DNA of 13,323 nucleotides from Nitrospira japonica. Lineage in GTDB: Bacteria > Nitrospirota > Thermodesulfovibrionia > Thermodesulfovibrionales > SM23-35. Shown piece after piece: positions 8,335-13,323 of this stretch (the first letter of the stretch is position 1; every line of letters begins with the position of its first letter). Where the stretch lies: contig DYFC01000038.1 in assembly GCA_020725385.1 (NCBI GenBank), forward strand, positions 1 to 13,323, read 5' to 3'. A program made the translations under genes and the position numbers. A model generated the notes under the pieces. The model saw nothing but the letters and a program-made list of their open reading frames with translations, did no database searches and was not told the origin of the DNA.

Positions 8335-10695
8335 ATGTGTAAATATAAAATTATTTTTGCCATTTTAGTCATATCCGGACTCTTTCTTTCAACTGACACA
8401 ACATATGCTTCAATAACAAAAGATAATCTTAAACCTATTTCAAAGATTGTTAATCAGGAAATTCGCAAAGGCAAAATTCCCGGTGCTGTAATTATGATCG
8501 GAACTCATAATAAAATACTTTACCATCAAGCTTTTGGCTGGCGCTCTATTAAACCTGTAAAAACCCAAATGACTAAAGATACTATTTTTGATCTTGCTTC
8601 ACTTACAAAAGTAATTGCCACAACAACTGCTATCATGAAACTTTACGAAGAAGGAAAAATCAAGATTGATGACAAAGTCTCAACATATATACCTGAATTT
8701 TCTAAGAATGGGAAAAGTGATATAACAATTAGACATTTATTAACTCATTATTCAGGCTTAAAGCCAGATCTACCATTAAATACTGAATGGAACGGATATA
8801 ATACCGCCATTAAAATGGCAACGGACGATTCAGTTGTTGATATGCCAGGCTCAAAGTATATTTATAGTGATATAAATTTTGTAATTCTTGGTGAGATAAT
8901 AAAAAAAGTTACTGGGAAACCATTTCATATTTACTGCAAAGAAAATATCTTTGAACCACTCGGTATGAAAAATACTTTTTTTGAACCAGATATTTTAGAT
9001 AAAAAAAACATTGCGCCTACACAGATATTCAAAGGCAAATCAGGAAAAGTACTTTGTGGAGAAGTACACGATCCAACGGCAAGAAGAATGGGTGGAGTTG
9101 CAGGACATGCTGGCTTGTTTTCAACCTCAGAGGATATTTCAAAATTTGCGATGATGCTCCTTTCTGATGGGCTTTATAATAAAAATCGCTTCTTTGAAAA
9201 ATCTACTATTGAAATTATGACATCACCACAATCACCTGAAGGAAAGACACCATTTAGGGGTCTTGGATGGGCATTAGATGCTCCCTTTGCCTCAAACAGA
9301 GAAGATTTTTCACCCGTAGGCTCATACGGTCATAAAGGCTATACAGGAACTCTTTTATGGATAGATCCAATCTCTGATATTTTTGTAATCATTCTTACAA
9401 ACAGAGTTCATCCGGATGGAAAAGGAGATGCTGAACCTTTAAGAAAAAAAATCATCGAGCTTATTTCATGCGTATCAGGAAATATTTCAAACGAAATAAT
9501 ATTTAATAAAAGACCTGTACTTAAAAAATTGCAATTAGAGGAAATTATAAACACTACTCATTCATTTAAAAATATACATACAGGTATTGATGTTTTAAGA
9601 GACAATAATTTTAAAGATTTATCAGGATTGCGTATTGGCTTGATAACAAATCATACTGGAAAAGATTCAAATGGAATAAGAACAATCGATTTACTTGCGA
9701 ATGCACCCGATGTAAAACTAATTGCTATATTTTCACCGGAACACGGACTTGATGGTAATTCTGAATCATTAATAAATTCCTCAATAGATAGTAAAACAGG
9801 GTTAACTGTTTACAGTCTTTACGGAGATACATTAAAACCAGATAGCAATATGCTAAATGGAATTGATGCATTGGTATTTGATATTCAGGATGCGGGTGTT
9901 CGATTCTATACTTACATAACAACAATGGCTTATGCAATGGAAGAAGCTGCAAAAAAAGGAATCATTTTCTACGTGCTTGATCGTCCAAATCCAATCAATT
10001 CAATCACTATTCAAGGACCTTTGCTCGATAAAGATTTAAAATCATTCACAGGTTATTTTCCGCTACCTATAAGATATGGAATGACTGTTGGAGAACTCGC
10101 AGAAATGTTTAATAAGGAAAATGACATTGGTGTAAAACTTCGTGTAATAAAGATGAAGGGATATAAAAGAAGTTATTGGTTTGATGATACTAGAATCAAA
10201 TGGATACCGGCCTCACCTAACTTAAAAACACTTAATGAAACTATTCTTTATCCAGGAGTTGCATTGTTAGAAGGAGCAAATATAAGTGTTGGCAGAGGAA
10301 CAGAAACACCTTTTGAAATTATAGGTACACCATGGATTAAAGAAAAAAAACTCACTTCTTTTCTAACAAAAAGAAAAATTAATGGCATTAAATTTAAACC
10401 TGTTATATTTAGGCCTAAAAAAGACATCTATAAAAACAAATTGTGCAGGGGAGTCAAAATATTACTTGAAGACAGAAATACTCTTGACCCTGTCCTGCTT
10501 GGGATGGAACTTATAAGCGCTATTTACATTTTACACGGAGATAAATTTCAAATAGATAAGACCTTACAAATAATAGGTTCACGGGAAACAGTTAAAAATC
10601 TTAAAAATAAGGTTGACCCGAAGCTGATTGCCATGAAATGGAAAGATGATATTGAGAATTTCAAAAAAATCAGAGCAAAATATTTACTTTATTGA
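8335..10695 (+). CDS. Exported fusion: beta-lactamase-family serine hydrolase (AmiE-like) plus exo-beta-N-acetylmuramidase NamZ/DUF1343 domain, 786 aa
   Basis: Signal peptide ending TYA. N-half: FDLAS89LTK92, LLTHYSG, YSDINF, GEVHDPTA, GHAGLFST, GHKGYTG, LTNRVHP. C-half from ~aa 414: TGIDVL, GLITNHTG, FSPEHG, FDIQDAGVRFYTY, DRPNP, GMTVGELA, SPNL, GRGTETPFE, terminal RAKYLLY. Confidence 0.9.
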   Translation: MCKYKIIFAILVISGLFLSTDTTYASITKDNLKPISKIVNQEIRKGKIPGAVIMIGTHNKILYHQAFGWRSIKPVKTQMTKDTIFDLASLTKVIATTTAIMKLYEEGKIKIDDKVSTYIPEFSKNGKSDITIRHLLTHYSGLKPDLPLNTEWNGYNTAIKMATDDSVVDMPGSKYIYSDINFVILGEIIKKVTGKPFHIYCKENIFEPLGMKNTFFEPDILDKKNIAPTQIFKGKSGKVLCGEVHDPTARRMGGVAGHAGLFSTSEDISKFAMMLLSDGLYNKNRFFEKSTIEIMTSPQSPEGKTPFRGLGWALDAPFASNREDFSPVGSYGHKGYTGTLLWIDPISDIFVIILTNRVHPDGKGDAEPLRKKIIELISCVSGNISNEIIFNKRPVLKKLQLEEIINTTHSFKNIHTGIDVLRDNNFKDLSGLRIGLITNHTGKDSNGIRTIDLLANAPDVKLIAIFSPEHGLDGNSESLINSSIDSKTGLTVYSLYGDTLKPDSNMLNGIDALVFDIQDAGVRFYTYITTMAYAMEEAAKKGIIFYVLDRPNPINSITIQGPLLDKDLKSFTGYFPLPIRYGMTVGELAEMFNKENDIGVKLRVIKMKGYKRSYWFDDTRIKWIPASPNLKTLNETILYPGVALLEGANISVGRGTETPFEIIGTPWIKEKKLTSFLTKRKINGIKFKPVIFRPKKDIYKNKLCRGVKILLEDRNTLDPVLLGMELISAIYILHGDKFQIDKTLQIIGSRETVKNLKNKVDPKLIAMKWKDDIENFKKIRAKYLLY

Positions 10696-10706
10696 GATCT
10701 AGATTT

Positions 10707-11366
10707 TCAGCTGACACCTTTTTTGAATTCCTCGATACCAATTCTTTCTATAAATCTTGGCATTCTCTCTCTTGGTTTTGCGTTCTTATTATAAAAATCA
10801 AGGCATCTTGAAAAAAGCTCGATGACCTGATCTTCTGTTAATTCTTTTGCTATAATATCACCAATTCTTGGCCTTCCTCCGGAATTTCCTCCAACAACGA
10901 CTGTCCAGCCTTTTGGCGTACAAAAAGCCCCAAAGTCCCTTAGATAACTTTCCGCACAATTAAGAGAACAACCTGATATCCCGAATTTTGTCTTGGCAGG
11001 AATTAAATTTTCTTTGCCTACATACATTTTTTCAACTTTTGATGCAAGAGAAAGTGAATTTCCCTGACCAAATTTGCAGGTCTCTGTACCCGGACATGCC
11101 TGGACATAATGAACGCATAATCCTTCTGCCGGTCCAACTTCCATTCCAAGATCTTTCCATGCTTTTTCCACATCCTCAGGATTCAATCCCACCAGTGCAA
11201 TACGCTGTCCCGAGGTTATTTTGATTATCTTTATATTATATTTGCGAGCAACCTTTGCAATAGTTTCGAGAATTTCCGGAGTTAAAACTCCCATTGGAAT
11301 TCTCGGCACTATCGCATATGTTTTCTTATCCCTTTGTAAAATCGCCCCTTTTAATTCTTCTTGCAT
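10707..11366 (-). CDS. Small siroheme-[4Fe-4S] sulfite/nitrite reductase (low-molecular-weight assimilatory-type Sir-like), 219 aa
   Basis: GAILQRDKKTYAIVPR, KITSGQRI, Cys motifs CPGTETC (Cx5C) and GCSLNC (Cx3C), GGNSGGRPR, RER. Start moved from 11405 to ATG 11366 because SD GGAGGA lies at 11378-11373. Confidence 0.85.
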   Translation of the reverse strand: MQEELKGAILQRDKKTYAIVPRIPMGVLTPEILETIAKVARKYNIKIIKITSGQRIALVGLNPEDVEKAWKDLGMEVGPAEGLCVHYVQACPGTETCKFGQGNSLSLASKVEKMYVGKENLIPAKTKFGISGCSLNCAESYLRDFGAFCTPKGWTVVVGGNSGGRPRIGDIIAKELTEDQVIELFSRCLDFYNKNAKPRERMPRFIERIGIEEFKKGVS

Positions 11367-11395
11367 CAGAATTCCTCCAATATCAAGATATATAT

Positions 11396-11404
11396 ATTCT
11401 AACA
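11396..11404 (-). promoter_or_regulatory. Putative extended -10 promoter (TGtTAGAAT) for the sulfite-reductase-like gene
   Basis: Minus strand TGTTAGAAT about 30 nt upstream of ATG 11366; it overlaps the longer ORF-track start. Confidence 0.45.
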
Positions 11405-11434
11405 TTACTTTCCAAAATAATCTGAAAAATTAAA

Positions 11435-11602
11435 TATAATCAGCAATTCACGTTGAAAAGATGCAAAACTCCTCAGTCACTTATACTCCTTCGGAATGAC
11501 AATGCGAACCTTTTTACCTGTCATTCCGAATCCCTCACTCTGTCATATCGAGCGAAGCGAGAAATCTTGAAACTTTCAAGATTCACCGAGAATTGCTGTA
11601 TA
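11435..11602. mobile_element. MITE-like non-autonomous element (~160-168 bp) with internal REP-like palindromes
   Basis: Terminal inverted repeats CAGCAATTCACGTTGAA (11441-11457) and TTCACCGAGAATTGCTG (11582-11598) match 15/17; TATA at 11435-11438 and 11599-11602; 67/160 G+C by hand versus 20/80 in 11621-11700; no transposase in the window. Confidence 0.55.
11490..11567. repeat. GTCAT/ATGAC-type REP-like palindromic units
   Basis: Perfect 12-bp inverted repeat TTCGGAATGACA (11490-11501) / TGTCATTCCGAA (11519-11530); second unit TGTCATATCGAGCGAAGCGAGAAATCT (11541-11567) containing the GCGAAGC minihairpin. Confidence 0.7.
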
Positions 11603-11677
11603 GATATGTTTCCACCTGACAAATGACTTTTTAATGATGCTTCCTTTAATATATGCTCTTTTTATACTTTATATATA

Positions 11678-11706
11678 TTGCTGTGAATTCGTCTCTTTGA
11701 TATAAT
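11678..11706 (+). promoter_or_regulatory. Putative sigma70 promoter for the histidine kinase (TTGCTG-17-TATAAT, extended -10)
   Basis: TTGCTG at 11678-11683, TG at 11698-11699, TATAAT at 11701-11706; the ATG follows 8 nt later with no SD. Confidence 0.6.
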
Positions 11707-11714
11707 TTATAAAA

Positions 11715-13323
11715 ATGAAAGTTTCAATTAAAAAACTTCTTATATTCTCTTTTTTGTTTGTTGCCTTCCTTAGCATATTATTTCTTTTAGTTCAAAGATT
11801 TGTCTGGATATATAAACATGAAATAACTCACACAAATGAGAGTTATCTTATTACTGTTCAGGCAATTGGAAAAATTATGGAACAGAGAATGAAAGAGATA
11901 TTTATACGATTTGAACAGGTAGGAAAAGAACTATATGGAGAAGGCTTACATACTAAAAATCCTCAAAAAATAATAGAGAGTGTCCACTACAGAAACCCTT
12001 ATTTTACCTCTATATTTGTTGTTGATAAAAGAGGAATTGTTTTGTTTGCTTCACCAGTCAAAGATGAGGATGGAAAATCTAATATTGGCAAGGATTTATC
12101 TTCAAGGGAATGGTTTACAGAGACAAAGAAAACCATGAAACCTTACATAGGTAATATTATTAAGGGAGCATTAACCTCAAAATATGTTATCCCTCTTTCC
12201 GTTCCTATTGTTGACAAAAAAGGGGAATTCCGAGGTGCTGTTTGTGCCGGATATCCTCAATATATGATTCAGGAAATTGCTGATTCTTTAAAATCTGATG
12301 AATTAACTGTTACTGTAACTGACAAAACAGGAAAACTTATATCTTACACAACGTTACCTCATATCAAAATAGAAGATATTATCCTTTCAGACCAGTCAAA
12401 TACAGAAATTTTTAAGGCTTCTCTTGAAAAAAGACAGGGTTCAGCAGAGTTTTTATCTCCTATTACAAAAGATGAAAGAACAGGCTCTTTTTATGTTTTT
12501 AACAATGGTTTCAGAATATGGATTTCAAGAAGCATGAAAGATGTAAAGGCAACAGTTTTTTCATCTCTTTACTGGGCTTTTTTCTGGTCAGTACTTGCAC
12601 TTTTTATAGCTTTTTTAGTGGGAGGCATTCTAAGCATAAAAATATCAAAGCCTATAATTGCTATCAGAGATGTTTCTGAAAAACTTTCAAAGGGTGATTT
12701 TGAAATAAAGTATTTCATAGATACAAAAATAATAGAGATTAAATCTCTGAATGACACACTGATTGAATCAGCAAACACTCTTAAAGAACTTTACCAAAGT
12801 CTTGAGCAAAAGGTGAAGGACAAAACCGCAGAGTTTGAGTTTGCAAAACTTCAGGCTGAATCTGCAAACAAAGCAAAATCGGATTTTCTTGCAAACATGA
12901 GCCATGAACTGAGAACACCTTTGAATTCAATCATTGGTTTTTCAGAGATCCTGCAGGACGAGTTATACGGAAAGCTGAATGAAAAGCAGAAAGAATATGT
13001 GGCCGATGTGTTAAACAGCGGTCAGCACCTCCTGAATCTCATTAATGACATCCTTGACCTGTCAAAGGTTGAATCAGGGAAAATGGAACTTGAAACCAGC
13101 AAATTCCAATTGAGCCATGTAATAAATAATTCTTTAACAATGCTGAAGGAAAAGGCAATAAAGCATAATATAAAATTAAGTCTTGAAATAGAACCTGATG
13201 CAGATATTGATATAGAGGCAGATGAAAGGAAATTAAAGCAAATAATGTTTAACCTTTTAAGCAATGCTTTAAAGTTTACACCAGATGGAGGCTCTGTGAA
13301 CGTGCAAACACGCCTGATTGAAC
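11715..13323 (+). CDS. Membrane sensor histidine kinase (TM-dCache-TM-HAMP-HisKA-HATPase), 3'-truncated by the window edge
   Basis: Manually read frame open for 536 codons from ATG 11715 ([26 protein letters not shown]...). Cache-like 'SIFVVDKRG...DLSSREWF...[19 protein letters not shown]'; TM2 '[22 protein letters not shown]'; HAMP 'ISKPI..I...SEKLSKGDF'; H-box [14 protein letters not shown]397[11 protein letters not shown]; N-box [15 protein letters not shown]. Absent from the ORF track because it has no stop codon here. Confidence 0.95.
   Translation, partial: MKVSIKKLLIFSFLFVAFLSILFLLVQRFVWIYKHEITHTNESYLITVQAIGKIMEQRMKEIFIRFEQVGKELYGEGLHTKNPQKIIESVHYRNPYFTSIFVVDKRGIVLFASPVKDEDGKSNIGKDLSSREWFTETKKTMKPYIGNIIKGALTSKYVIPLSVPIVDKKGEFRGAVCAGYPQYMIQEIADSLKSDELTVTVTDKTGKLISYTTLPHIKIEDIILSDQSNTEIFKASLEKRQGSAEFLSPITKDERTGSFYVFNNGFRIWISRSMKDVKATVFSSLYWAFFWSVLALFIAFLVGGILSIKISKPIIAIRDVSEKLSKGDFEIKYFIDTKIIEIKSLNDTLIESANTLKELYQSLEQKVKDKTAEFEFAKLQAESANKAKSDFLANMSHELRTPLNSIIGFSEILQDELYGKLNEKQKEYVADVLNSGQHLLNLINDILDLSKVESGKMELETSKFQLSHVINNSLTMLKEKAIKHNIKLSLEIEPDADIDIEADERKLKQIMFNLLSNALKFTPDGGSVNVQTRLIE

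Noticed and set aside
8335-9560. Class C beta-lactamase / resistance gene
   Set aside because: YSD, GEVHD and GHAGLFS motifs and the fusion to NamZ indicate the AmiE-like amidase/esterase branch rather than AmpC (YxN, KTG).
11367-11405. 13-aa N-terminal extension of the reductase in the ORF track
   Set aside because: It contains the GGAGGA SD and the promoter candidate for ATG 11366.
11461-11570. Mini-ORFs MQNSSVTYTPSE* and MTMRTFLPVIPNPSLCHIERSEKS* as leader peptides
   Set aside because: No good SD; explained as translations of the palindromic repeat.
11441-11600. CRISPR array or known riboswitch in the structured intergenic region
   Set aside because: No regularly spaced direct repeats, no cas genes and no aptamer consensus that I recognise. 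An Rfam scan would settle it.
12090-12260. Amino-acid-sensing dCache_1 motif in the kinase
   Set aside because: RxW is present (REWF), but the upstream Tyr and distal Asp of the motif are not evident, so no ligand can be assigned.
9725-13264. Short ORFs 9725-9952, 10988-11224, 11221-11433, 12569-12778, 13022-13264
   Set aside because: Antisense shadows of the NamZ fusion, the reductase and the histidine kinase.

Overview
AT-rich bacterial chromosomal window with no phage, CRISPR or transposase. The gene set resembles Nitrospirota/Desulfobacterota anaerobes, but that is inference only. Left to right: the 3' part of tRNA-Leu(TAA); a minus-strand housekeeping run (galU, lon, thiL, an uncalled 59-aa two-helix membrane protein, an EamA/DMT transporter); a divergent ferritin-like protein; a tightly packed three-gene cluster of exported glycan/peptidoglycan enzymes (IcaB/PgaB-type CE4 deacetylase, DUF4015-type putative glycoside hydrolase, and a serine-hydrolase[AmiE-like]-NamZ/DUF1343 fusion); a convergent small siroheme sulfite/nitrite reductase; a ~165-bp MITE-like element carrying REP-like palindromes; and the 5' part of a dCache-HAMP histidine kinase missing from the ORF track. 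The best candidates for new biology are the exported cell-wall glycan processing cluster and the composite MITE/REP element. All family assignments come from motif recognition by eye; no searches were run.
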